In this document: one piece after another, positions 54,428 to 64,000 of the stretch
Layout: each line of letters opens with the position of its first letter
Numbering within the stretch: position 1 is the first letter of the stretch
DNA from: Candidatus Versatilivorator sp.
GTDB taxonomy: Bacteria; Acidobacteriota; Terriglobia; Versatilivoradales; Versatilivoraceae
Length of the DNA stretch: 64,000 bases
Assembly (NCBI GenBank): GCA_965207735.1
Contig: OZ242296.1
Coordinates: 5,200,215 to 5,264,214, forward strand
Direction: 5' to 3'
The notes under the pieces: generated by a model
What the model was told of the DNA's origin: nothing
The model's input: the letters and a program-made list of their open reading frames with translations, nothing else
Database searches by the model: none
Program-made: the position numbers and the translations under genes

Positions 54428-55064
54428 CCCCAAGCAGAAGAAACAGCTGAAGTTGCTGGGCACCTTGCTGGTGGTGCTGCTTCTGGTGCTCTATTGGAGC
54501 TGGGGCCAGAGCTCCTCACCGTCCCTCCTGACCTCGGATGGGACGCCCGCGGGCTGGCGCGGCCTGGAGTCGTTCGTCCTCAAGACCGGCAAGCCGGGAG
54601 ACCGCAGGAGCGGAAGGGAAATTCCGGCGGCCCAGATCAACTCCAGCATCCATTTCGAGAAGCTGGGTCAGATGGAGAAGATCCAGCCCTCCCTGGCGCG
54701 AAACATGTTCGCCTTCTACACTCCGCCTCCACCGGCGAAGTCCTCCGGGGGAACGTCCCGCACCTCCCCCCAATCCGCGGATTCCGCCAGTGGCCGCAAC
54801 CGGCCCTTCGTCCCCCGGGGGGGCTCTTCGACGGGCCGAAAGGCGGTGGACATCCCCTTGAAGTACTACGGCTTCAGAAAGGACCCGTCGGGGAAGAAGC
54901 GCCAGGCCTTCTTTGCCGATGGAGATGACCTCTATCTGGCCTGGGAGGGGGATGTGGTCGCCAACCGTTTTCGAATCCATCGCATTACCGATACCACGGC
55001 TGAAGTCGAAGAAGTGGCGTCCCGGACCAGGAAGCGTTTGAATCTGGAGATGCCCCCCGAATAG
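54420..55064 (+). CDS. Hypothetical T2SS/T4P assembly protein (PilP/GspC-like)
   Basis: TM, 'LKYYG...AFF...EGDVVANRFRI'. Confidence 0.6.
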   Translation: MSDPKQKKQLKLLGTLLVVLLLVLYWSWGQSSSPSLLTSDGTPAGWRGLESFVLKTGKPGDRRSGREIPAAQINSSIHFEKLGQMEKIQPSLARNMFAFYTPPPPAKSSGGTSRTSPQSADSASGRNRPFVPRGGSSTGRKAVDIPLKYYGFRKDPSGKKRQAFFADGDDLYLAWEGDVVANRFRIHRITDTTAEVEEVASRTRKRLNLEMPPE

Positions 55065-55090
55065 GCGGGTCGACGAGGAAGGTCCTGCTC

Positions 55091-55969
55091 ATGGGTTGGA
55101 TGAAGCACAGGAATGGTGGCGAGGCGGGCTACACCCTGGCCTTGGTGATGGTGATGGCCAGTGTGCTGCTGGTCGCTCTTTCGGAGGCAGCGCTCAACTG
55201 GCAGACGGCTGTCAAGCGGGAACGGGAAGAAGAGTTGATTTTCCGGGGCGAGCAGTACCAGAGGGCCCTGATTCTCTGGTATGCCCATTGGAGCCGGACT
55301 CTGGGGACGCCTCAGGTGGCCTATCCCAGCACCGTGGAAGCCTTGCTCAACACCAACAACAAGCGGTTTCTTCGCCAGCCCTGGACCGATCCCGTCACCA
55401 ACGAGGAGTGGCGCTTCATCAAGGTGGGTCCCAACAACCGGCCCCTGTTGACGGTCTTGCCGGGCACGGCCGAGACCGGCGCCGGAGGGGACCGGAACCC
55501 CTACGGATCGGGCGGGTCGGGTCAGTCGCGGGGATCGGGACCGCAGGCGCCTGCCGCCGCCGGGCAGACCGCTTACGGACAGACCCTCAAGACGCAATCG
55601 GTGAATTCTCCCACCATCGGAGGCATCGCCGGCGTGGCCAGCACCAGCGAAAAGGAATCCCTCAAGACCTATAACGGCCGCACCAAGCACAACGAGTGGG
55701 AGTTCTTCACCGACTATGCCGCTCTGGCCGCCCGGGCCCAGCGGGGGCGCTCCGGCGGCAGGTCCGGCCAGCCCAACCAGCCGGGTCAGGCAAGGCAGGG
55801 TCGAGACAGGCCCGAGGGACAGAACCCCCTGTTCGGGCGTCCCGGCCAATCCGGGCGGCCTCCCGGCGTGAACCCCGGCAACCGTCCTGGCGTCAACCCT
55901 GGGAATCGCCCCGTCCCCAACCCGGGCAACCGCCCCGGTCTCCCCTCTCCGCCAAGACCCCGGCGATAG
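55091..55969 (+). CDS. Type II secretion pseudopilin-like protein
   Basis: G|YTL prepilin-like site, 'REREEELIFRG', 'FLRQPWTDPVT'. Confidence 0.75.
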   Translation: MGWMKHRNGGEAGYTLALVMVMASVLLVALSEAALNWQTAVKREREEELIFRGEQYQRALILWYAHWSRTLGTPQVAYPSTVEALLNTNNKRFLRQPWTDPVTNEEWRFIKVGPNNRPLLTVLPGTAETGAGGDRNPYGSGGSGQSRGSGPQAPAAAGQTAYGQTLKTQSVNSPTIGGIAGVASTSEKESLKTYNGRTKHNEWEFFTDYAALAARAQRGRSGGRSGQPNQPGQARQGRDRPEGQNPLFGRPGQSGRPPGVNPGNRPGVNPGNRPVPNPGNRPGLPSPPRPRR

Positions 55970-56083
55970 ATCCTGGCGAAGCTCTGGCTCCCGCCCATAG
56001 GCTACGCAAGTAAGATATTCACGAGGGCCCTCCCTAAGCAGTGTCGCCAAGTCGGCGATTGAAACGCCCACCCGCGTGCAATC

Positions 56084-56168
56084 GTGGGGGCAACCCTTGT
56101 GGTTGCCCGGTTGTTCGCGATCGTCTCAATCATCCCGTAATTGGGCGTCCACCAGGGACGCCCCTACA
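56084..56168. repeat. REP-like doublet (GTAG type)
   Basis: GTGGGGGCAACCCTTGTGGTTGCCC and inverted GGGCGTCCACCAGGGACGCCCCTAC. Confidence 0.7.
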
Positions 56169-56218
56169 TCCAGGATCATGTGTGTCGTGAATGCCCCGGA
56201 ACCGCGCCCGGAACCGCG

Positions 56219-56246
56219 TTGACAACTCCTTCCAATGATCTATAAT
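56219..56246 (+). promoter_or_regulatory. Sigma70 promoter of tRNA-Asn
   Basis: TTGACA-16 bp-TATAAT. Confidence 0.85.
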
Positions 56247-56272
56247 GTCGCCCTTTGGATTCTGCCGGTTAC

Positions 56273-56348
<76 letters not shown>

Positions 56349-56386
56349 TTTTGTCGAGCGCGAACTACAGCGCCTCGATAGCTAAC

Positions 56387-56421
56387 GCGAAGCCCCGGAA
56401 AGTCACCCCTTCGGGGCTTCG
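56387..56421 (+). terminator. Stem-loop after tRNA-Asn
   Basis: GCGAAGCCCCG...CGGGGCTTCGC; no immediate U tract. Confidence 0.5.
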
Positions 56422-56617
56422 CCGTATCTAGCTCTTTTCCAAGGGGTTGCGCCCTTTCCTACTGGAAACAGTTGTGCAAAAGTAGGCCACCGTAGCGGCA
56501 GGGCGGTCCCGCCGCGGCGGAGTAAAACTTTGCCCGTGTGGCCCTTTCCGGCGATGGGGAGGGCATAGGGAAACTGTATGGCATAGACGGTGAAGTTAAG
56601 TGGGGAAAGGCTTTAAA

Positions 56618-58615
56618 CGGAACTTCATCCGGAACCAACAGGGAACAATCAGGATAAGGTGTTGAAACAGAGGCCATTTGTGGGTTTCCATGAGCCGTTT
56701 GGTGTGGGATTGTGTTTACATGTATATCGTCGAGTGGTATGGTCTTTCTCTGTTGACACAACATGTTGTGCCTTGTATTCTGTTTCCATGTCCTATCACC
56801 TCGAATCCATTCCCAACCGCAACAGCCGACCCACTCTCCTCATCCGTGAGGCTTGGCGCGAAGGCAAACGCATCCGCAAGAAGACCCGCGCCAATCTCAC
56901 CGGCATGCCCGAGCCGCTGGTCAACGGCATCCGCGCCCTGCTGAAGGGTGGCATCGCGCTGGAGAGCGTCGAGGACGCCTTCACCATCCGCAGGGCCCTG
57001 CCCCACGGCCACGTGGCGGCCGGGCTGGGAACGCTGCGCCGTCTTGGGCTGGTGCGTCTGCTGCATCGCCACCCGGGTCGGGAGCGGGATCTTGCCATTG
57101 CCGCCATCCTCGCCCGTCTCCTCGATCCGGGCTCGAAGCTGGCCGCCGCACGCCATCTCTCCCCTGACACGGCCGCCTCCAGCCTGGGCGCCGTGCTGGG
57201 TCTGGGGCCGGTCACCGGCAATGAACTGCTGGAGATGCTCGACTGGCTGCTCCGACGCCAGAGACACATCGAGAAGAGTCTGGCCCACCGGCATCTGGGC
57301 GAGGCCACCCTGATCCTCTATGACGTCACCTCCAGCTTTCTGGAGGGAGGATGTTGTCCACTGGCGGCGTTCGGTCACAACCGGGACGGCAAGAAAGGCA
57401 AGAAGCAGATCGTATTCGGACTGCTGTGCACCGAAGAGGGCTGTCCGGTGGCGGTGGAGGTGTTTGCCGGCAACCGGGGGGATCCGATGACGCTGGGGGC
57501 GCAGATTGCCAAGATCCGGGATCGGTTCGGGGTGGGCCGGGTGGCCTTGGTGGGGGACCGGGGCATGATCACCACGGCCCGGATCCGTGAGGAACTGGAG
57601 CCGGCGACTCTGGACTGGATCTCGGCCTTGAAAGCCACCGACATCCGCAAGTTATTGAGGCAGCAAGGGCCAGACGGGGGCGAGCCGGCCCCGTTGTGTC
57701 CCGAGGCCCTGGTCCCGGACCAGGTGGCCGAGATCGTCAGCCCGGAGTTTCCGGGCGAACGCCTGCTGGTGTGTCTCAACCCGCGCCTGCGGCAGCAACG
57801 GGCGCGCAAGCGGGAAGCGCTGCTGGAGGCCACCGAGGAGATCCTCGAGACCATCGCCCAGGGCCTGCGCCACCGCGGCAGGGATTGGATCAACCGGCGG
57901 GTCGGTCGCGAGGCCAACCGCCGCAAGGTCGAGAAGCACTTCCAGATCACCGTCACCGACGAGGCGCTCACGTGGTCTCGCAACCAGGAGAAAATCGCGG
58001 CCGAGGCCCGCCTGGATGGCCTCTACGTCATCCGCACCAGCCTCGATGCGGCAACGATGGGTCCCGCTGAGGTCGTCGAGGCCTACAAAAACCGGTCCCG
58101 GGTCGAGCAGGCCTTCCGCTTGCTCAAGACCACCCGGCTCGAGGTGCGGCCGGTGTATGTCTACAACGCCGATCGGGTCCGAGCCCACGTGTTCCTCTGT
58201 ATGCTCGCCTATTATGTCGAATGGCACCTGCGGCGGCGACTGGCTCCCCTGTTGTTCGAGGACGACGACCGCCAGCAGGCGCGGGCCAAACGAACCTCGC
58301 CGGTCCAACCGGCCCGGATCTCGGACCGCGCCAAAGCCAAGGCCGACACCAAGACCACTGCCGAAGGGTTCCCCGTCCACAGCCTCAAGACCCTGCTGGA
58401 CGACCTCGCTACCCTGACCCTCAACCAGGTGACCTTGCCCACCAACCCCGACCAGGGGTTCCCCATGATCGCCCAGGCCACCCCGCTGCAACGCAAGGCC
58501 TTTGAACTGCTGGAGGTCGAACCGGCCAAAATTGTTCCCAGTACGATGCCAGTTTGAATCCGTCTAAATCACGGGTGTCATTGAGGTATTGTTGATTTTG
58601 AGAGATGAAGTTCCG
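56618..58615 (+). mobile_element. IS1634 family element A
   Basis: IR CGGAACTTCATC/GATGAAGTTCCG, with TTTAAA on both flanks. Confidence 0.88.
56788..58557 (+). CDS. IS1634 family transposase
   Basis: LYDVTSS, VGDRGM, DGLYVIRTS, VEQAFRLLK, RAHVFLCMLAY. Confidence 0.93.
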   Translation: MSYHLESIPNRNSRPTLLIREAWREGKRIRKKTRANLTGMPEPLVNGIRALLKGGIALESVEDAFTIRRALPHGHVAAGLGTLRRLGLVRLLHRHPGRERDLAIAAILARLLDPGSKLAAARHLSPDTAASSLGAVLGLGPVTGNELLEMLDWLLRRQRHIEKSLAHRHLGEATLILYDVTSSFLEGGCCPLAAFGHNRDGKKGKKQIVFGLLCTEEGCPVAVEVFAGNRGDPMTLGAQIAKIRDRFGVGRVALVGDRGMITTARIREELEPATLDWISALKATDIRKLLRQQGPDGGEPAPLCPEALVPDQVAEIVSPEFPGERLLVCLNPRLRQQRARKREALLEATEEILETIAQGLRHRGRDWINRRVGREANRRKVEKHFQITVTDEALTWSRNQEKIAAEARLDGLYVIRTSLDAATMGPAEVVEAYKNRSRVEQAFRLLKTTRLEVRPVYVYNADRVRAHVFLCMLAYYVEWHLRRRLAPLLFEDDDRQQARAKRTSPVQPARISDRAKAKADTKTTAEGFPVHSLKTLLDDLATLTLNQVTLPTNPDQGFPMIAQATPLQRKAFELLEVEPAKIVPSTMPV

Positions 58616-59079
58616 TTTAAAGAAGTATTGCGAGGGCTACAAAGCGTGGCTCAGAGTCTTCCGAGATGACCCTTTCGCACGTTATAAGGGGGCAGCCGAA
58701 GATTCACGTAGACCGTTGGACAATCCCAGGCGATTTCGACTACAAAAAAGCTAGAGTACAGAAGCCATTTATCGCTCCATGATGATACTAGCGACAAGCG
58801 CTGTTCAAGGACCGGAGTTCTGGTTTCCGTACGATTGGCGTCCCGCGTTTCGACGCTTCCTAACCGGCCCCGGTAGGTATCCGGCGTAGGTCGGGCCGAA
58901 GGGGTTCGGCTGATCACCAGACAGCGGTCGTAGCCGTGAGAACGGAGCCGGTTGTGGGTGCCGGCGACATCGCCCGCGCGCGGTGTCGAGCGGACTCCAA
59001 TGGCTCCCGACGGCCGTTCCGTCCCGTCCGGCATCCACGACGCCTCCTCTTTCGCGGCGCCCGCGAGCAGGAGAACCGG

Positions 59080-59292
59080 ATGCCGAGCAACCCACCCATC
59101 CCCGACGCCCTCGACGAGGTCGTCGGGGATATCGCCTTGATCCTGGCGCAGGGCTATCTGCGCCACCGCAAGAGGCGCCAAGTCTCGCCAGAATCCGGAG
59201 GTGAGGCTAGATATCCAATTATTATCAATAGGTTGTGGAGAAACGACTTGATAGTTCGGGCCACCGAAGCCTTCAGTCATGACACGAGTTAA
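59080..59292 (+). CDS. Small hypothetical protein of the type found upstream of DUF2924 genes
   Basis: AGGAG RBS; 'DIALILAQGYLR'. Confidence 0.4.
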   Translation: MPSNPPIPDALDEVVGDIALILAQGYLRHRKRRQVSPESGGEARYPIIINRLWRNDLIVRATEAFSHDTS

Positions 59293-59359
59293 CGTCCCGG
59301 AGACGGCGAGGCGGAGGGACCGCCCGCCAGGGGTCGAGTCCATGAACAGGAGGACTTGG

Positions 59360-59545
59360 ATGGAAGCAAGCACATATCAAGAAATCCAGGAGCTGTCGCG
59401 GCTGACGGTTGGCCAACTGCAGGAGAAGTCCCTGTCCGCCATCGCCAAGGAGGTCACGGGCAGCAAGTGGAACGGGTTCCTGTTCTTCGGCCTCACTGGC
59501 GGTGGCCCCACGAACGGACACACGAGCCAAGGGGTGAGCGAATGA
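59360..59545 (+). pseudogene. Internally deleted DUF2924 gene
   Basis: N-terminus EIQELSRLTVGQLQEK joined directly to C-terminus SLSAIAKEVTGSKWNGFLFFGL. Confidence 0.72.
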
Positions 59546-59652
59546 TCCAAGCCTCATCCTCCGCGACATGTGCGATCCGCAAACCTTGGGGTTCATCGGT
59601 ACAGCCTACGCCGCCGCACATCTGGCGCCCCGAGCCGGACGCATGAGGTAGC

Positions 59653-60645
59653 ATGGACCCACTTTCCCAAGGCGTTCTGGGCGTTGCAGCCGCGCAGGCC
59701 GTGAGCCGGGAACCCCAGACCCGCCGCGCCACCTTCGTCGGTCTGATGGCCGGATTGGCACCGGACGCCGACGTGTTCATCCAATCCGCCACCGACCCGC
59801 TACTGTCGCTGCAATTCCATCGCCATTTCACCCACGCGCTGGCTTTCATCCCGGTCGGCGCCGTGATCGTGGCCCTAGTCTTGCATCCCCTCGTCGGCCG
59901 CAGCGTCCTGCGCTTCAGGATCACCTACCTGTTCTGCCTCGTGGGCTACGCCACCCACGGCTTGCTGGACGCTTGCACCAGCTACGGCACGCAGCTTCTG
60001 TGGCCCTTCTCGGACCTGCGCGTCGCCTGGAACAACATCTCAATTGTCGATCCCCTGTTCACCCTTCCCATTCTCCTGCTGGTGATGCTTGGCCTCTGGC
60101 GCCGTTCTCCCCTGTTGGCCCGCTGCGCCCTCCTGTGGGCCGTGGCCTATTTGGTATTCGGCGTCGTGCAGCGAGACCGCGCCACCGCCATCGGCCATGA
60201 CATGGCCGCAGCAAGGGAGCACGTCGTGGAACGTCTTTCGGCCAAGCCCACCTTCGCCAATCTCCTGGTGTGGAAAATCATCTACGAATCGGAAGGGAGT
60301 TTCTTTGTCGACGCCGTGCGGGTGGGCTTCAGCAGCCGCCATTACCCCGGCAGCACCGTCGCCAAGCTGGACATCGCCCGCGACCTGCCATGGCTCCAAC
60401 CCGACAGCCAGCAGGCACACGATGTTGAGCGTTTTCGCTGGTTCTCCGGTGACTACGTGGCCCTGGCCGGCGACAACACGATCACCGATATCCGCTACTC
60501 TCTGGTACCCAACAGAATCGAAGGTTTGTGGGGCATCACTCTCAACCCTCGCGCCGCGCCACACGAACACGTTCGCTACGCCGATCGTCGCACCGTCACC
60601 GCCGCCAAATGGCAGGCATTCCGAGACATGCTGATGGGGGACTGA
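59653..60645 (+). CDS. Membrane-bound metal-dependent hydrolase (YdjM-like)
   Basis: MDPLSQ, PDAD, HRHFTH, HGLLDACTSYG. Confidence 0.88.
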   Translation: MDPLSQGVLGVAAAQAVSREPQTRRATFVGLMAGLAPDADVFIQSATDPLLSLQFHRHFTHALAFIPVGAVIVALVLHPLVGRSVLRFRITYLFCLVGYATHGLLDACTSYGTQLLWPFSDLRVAWNNISIVDPLFTLPILLLVMLGLWRRSPLLARCALLWAVAYLVFGVVQRDRATAIGHDMAAAREHVVERLSAKPTFANLLVWKIIYESEGSFFVDAVRVGFSSRHYPGSTVAKLDIARDLPWLQPDSQQAHDVERFRWFSGDYVALAGDNTITDIRYSLVPNRIEGLWGITLNPRAAPHEHVRYADRRTVTAAKWQAFRDMLMGD

Positions 60646-60804
60646 ACCATCGTCGTGGATACCTGCGTAGGCGACAACAAGCCTCGCGAGGCGCGCCCGA
60701 GCTGGCACCTGCAGCAACTCGGGACCTTCCTGCCGCTGCTGGCCATGGCCGGGGTAACCCCCCAGGATGTTGATTACGTCTTCTGCACCCATATGCACGG
60801 GGAC
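60646..60804 (+). pseudogene. MBL-fold metallohydrolase fragment
   Basis: TIVVDTCVG...VDYVFCTHMHGD with no start, and truncated afterwards. Confidence 0.65.
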
Positions 60805-60916
60805 GGCCGCCGAACTCGTGTCAGACGTGCGACGAGGGCTGTCGGTTGAGGACCGCAACATCATCGCGGGAATACAGGTCATGCTGGCGGCGGGAGTATT
60901 GAATCCTGCTGGCTAG

Positions 60917-63000
60917 CCCATCTTTAACACGGCTTCCAAGTATACGTTTATTATCAACAGGTTACAAAAGGCTCAACGCGCAAGTGGCACTACAAACGCG
61001 TTGAAACCGGAGATTTTGGAGGAATCAGACGATCATCTTGCGGATCCCTCCAGGAGAGGGATCGATGCCCAGGGCGTCGTAGATGGCCCTCTGATCGGGT
61101 TCGGCCCGTGTGGCCTTGCGGACGTGCAAGGTCCGCCCGTCCTGACGCCGGAAGGTGACCGTGACCCGCTGCTGTCCTTCCAGGATGCGCCGCAGCGTGG
61201 TCCAACTGGAGGCCTCGCCGCGCTGCTTGAGGCGTTTGCGGATGACCTGCACCAGTTGATAGGCGATGACCGTCAGAAACAGGTGACCTTCCGAGCGCAC
61301 CGGCTTGTGATGATAGATGGGCCGCAGGCCCAGCTCGGACTTCAGGGAGCGAAACACCGCTTCCACGTCGGTCAGAGTCGTGTAGGTACGCCAGAGACTT
61401 TCCTCGTCCCAGTCAGTCTGGTTGCTGCGCAGGCAGTAGACCCCCGGATGGGTGGCCATCGAGCCCTGGCGGGGACGGTGCTTCCATCTCAGCGCTGTCG
61501 CCTTGCGGCCGCTCTCGTCGGTGAGGACCTCGATGCTGTAGTGTTGCCCCACCCCGCGGCTCTGTTCCTTCAGCCGCCCGATCCTCTCCCGGACCTTCTC
61601 GACGCCTTTGTGAGTCCGCGGCCGGGAAAGCCCCTCGGAGAGTCGGGTGAGCCCCTGCTCGAAGCGCCGGCTGAAGCGCTCCACGATGCCCTTCTCCTTC
61701 TCAGCCCGCTGCTGTGAGCGGCAGTAGAGACGCACTTCCTGCCCGTCGTCGGAGATCTCCTTGTGGAGCTGCAGCTCGGCCTTGGAAGCCGTCTCCACCG
61801 TCACGGCCGCCTCGGCATCGAACTGCCTCCGGCCCTGGCGGCTGGCCACCAGGTAGCGATACCCTTCCTCCCTCAACCACTGGATCCGGTCCTCGGTCGC
61901 CACCCCCCGATCCATCACCACCAAGGCTCCCCGGGGCGCCTCCAGCGCCTCCAGCATCCCCTCCAGGGTGCGGGGCTCATCCACCCTACCGGCAAAGACC
62001 TCCGAGCGGCGCACAAACCCCGCCCCGTCCAGCACCAACCCCAGCGTCAGCAGCCGACAGTCGCTGCGCTTGTCCTTCGAGTGGCCCCGCTCGGCCTTGG
62101 GCTGATGGCTGGCCGCCCCTTCGAAGAAGGTGTTGGTCAGATCGAACAGGGTGACGGTCGGCTCCAGATCGAACAACCCCATGGCCCGGGTGAAGAGGTG
62201 ACGCTCGATGGCCTCCCGATGCTTCATCAGCGCGTCCGAGGCCCGATACATCTGCATCAGACTCAGGCTCTCGAAGTCAACCTCCAGCAACTCGCCCAAG
62301 CCGCTGCGCCGCCTGAGCCAGCCCCAGGTGGCCCTCTCCGAGCCCGGTCGGGCCAGACGGCCTACCATGGCCCCCAACGCCGCTGCCCGCATCGGTCCGT
62401 TCAGCCCTAACTCGGTCAGCAGATCCCCCAGCCCCAACTGCTCCAGCGCCCAGCAACCGACCTGCTCCACCCCCACGCTGCGCGGACGTGTCAAGGCCAC
62501 CGAATCCACCTCGACCGTCTGCAGGTCCTCTGAGGCGGCCTCCCCGCCAACGCCGGTCACGTCGGCTTCGCCCTCAAGCAAGCGCTGGGCCATGCGTTGG
62601 GCTTCCTCCTCCAACGGGGTGGAAGCCACCGGCAAGAGAGGCAACTGACCGGTGAGGATCTGATCGAGACGGCGGCACAACAAGGGCCAGTCCTCACGGG
62701 GGATCGAGAAGTGTCGACCGAGGTTGAGGAGGGTCTGCTGGCGGACCTTGCCACTGACGCGATGGGAGCGGACGAGGCGGTGGGTGAAGTAGGTCTGTCC
62801 GGAATGGAGGCTGCGGGTCTGGGTGCGTCGGATGAACATGGGAGGGACGCTACCAGAGGAGAGAGAGGGGGTCAAGCCCATCCCATACGATTATGGCACT
62901 ACATTCACCTCCTCAACCAAGAATCAACAACTTACGGGTGGTTTTAGGCTAAAATGGGGGTAAAATACCTCAAATCGGCCGTTTCTTTGTTAAAGATGGG
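60917..63000 (-). mobile_element. IS1634 family element B
   Basis: IR CCCATCTTTAACA/TGTTAAAGATGGG, with CTAG on both flanks. Confidence 0.88.
61025..62839 (-). CDS. IS1634 family transposase
   Basis: FDLTNTFFEG, VMDRG, GVYCLRSN, VEAVFRSLKSELGLRPIYH. Confidence 0.93.
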   Translation of the reverse strand: MFIRRTQTRSLHSGQTYFTHRLVRSHRVSGKVRQQTLLNLGRHFSIPREDWPLLCRRLDQILTGQLPLLPVASTPLEEEAQRMAQRLLEGEADVTGVGGEAASEDLQTVEVDSVALTRPRSVGVEQVGCWALEQLGLGDLLTELGLNGPMRAAALGAMVGRLARPGSERATWGWLRRRSGLGELLEVDFESLSLMQMYRASDALMKHREAIERHLFTRAMGLFDLEPTVTLFDLTNTFFEGAASHQPKAERGHSKDKRSDCRLLTLGLVLDGAGFVRRSEVFAGRVDEPRTLEGMLEALEAPRGALVVMDRGVATEDRIQWLREEGYRYLVASRQGRRQFDAEAAVTVETASKAELQLHKEISDDGQEVRLYCRSQQRAEKEKGIVERFSRRFEQGLTRLSEGLSRPRTHKGVEKVRERIGRLKEQSRGVGQHYSIEVLTDESGRKATALRWKHRPRQGSMATHPGVYCLRSNQTDWDEESLWRTYTTLTDVEAVFRSLKSELGLRPIYHHKPVRSEGHLFLTVIAYQLVQVIRKRLKQRGEASSWTTLRRILEGQQRVTVTFRRQDGRTLHVRKATRAEPDQRAIYDALGIDPSPGGIRKMIV

Positions 63001-63420
63001 CTAGGGAAATCTTTGGGCGAATTGTGGTTCGGATAGAGCGCCAACATGGTGCATGAGCCCTTTAGCGGCCCCTGCGAGCGACGCGAGGTCAGCACGAGAG
63101 TGAACAACGTCCGTTTGGCATTCTTGATTTTCGCGCGATTCTTGTCAGCCAAGTGTAGGAGCCTGTGCTTCGAGTGCTCCTCGAAGTTTGCCGAGCAACC
63201 GGTGCGACATCTCGGATTGGGACAGCCCGAGAAGTTTCGCCGGCGCGGCTATAGTGACCCACCGGCGTCGAGATGCGGGGCGAGGAGATGGGCGAGGCTA
63301 TACCGAGATTTGTGCGGGCGGGACGCCCGTGCTCCCGGGGGGCTTTCTCCCGTGACGTCGTGACACCAACGTTACAATATTGCAGAAGCACTCGGGTGCC
63401 GCGAGTTAATGAATGAGCTC

Positions 63421-63458
63421 CATCCGTATTCGTGCCTATTCGTGTTCATTCGTGGTTC
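63421..63458 (+). repeat. 9-10-mer tandem repeat (ATTCGTG...)
   Basis: catccgtattcgtgcctattcgtgttcattcgtggtt. Confidence 0.6.
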
Positions 63459-63620
63459 GTCTTCATTTCCAAATCGAAAACGGCTGGCTGTTTCTCCTCT
63501 GCATGATCCGTCACGTCGTCAGGGGCGGGCGCCCGGCTATCCTCCAACTGCGTCGTTGGGGGATTGGGATTCCACGATTAGGGCTTGCCCGGGTTGGCGA
63601 CGGCGCCGTTATCGATGTAA

Positions 63621-64000
<380 letters not shown>

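Noticed and set aside
59219-60965. TTATTATCAA.AGGTT direct repeat as att sites
   Set aside because: Better explained as IHF consensus boxes; the second lies inside IS1634-B.
63040-63130. attC-like site
   Set aside because: No proper RYYYAAC/GTTRRRY pair and no integron integrase.

Overview
GC-rich bacterial chromosome segment, probably Acidobacteriota (inferred from three VWFA-type paralogs and the layout of the T2SS/T4P cluster). It is mostly housekeeping: tolQRAB, recN, miaB, a hemD-hemE fusion, nnr-tsaE-bshB1-bshA, ligA, phoH-ybeY-corC-era-queE, ileS-lspA-lgt-rluD, recA, lolA plus a pil/gsp cluster, tRNA-Gly and tRNA-Asn. After tRNA-Asn lies a decayed accessory region with two IS1634 elements, followed by katG. 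The most striking feature is a nested parasite hierarchy. An 869-nt ORF-less group II intron occurs in two apparently identical copies (13139-14007 and 45809-46677). Both sit at the same nucleotide inside the terminal inverted repeat of IS1380-type elements: once in a full IS1380, once in a ~245-bp MITE with the same ends. The intron's EBS1 loop (TGAGAAAT) is complementary to that repeat. The IS1380 is itself inserted at TTAG in a dispersed, often tandem ~183-bp repeat family that also has a ~60-bp 'empty' form. All alignments and structures were read by eye; no searches or folding were run.
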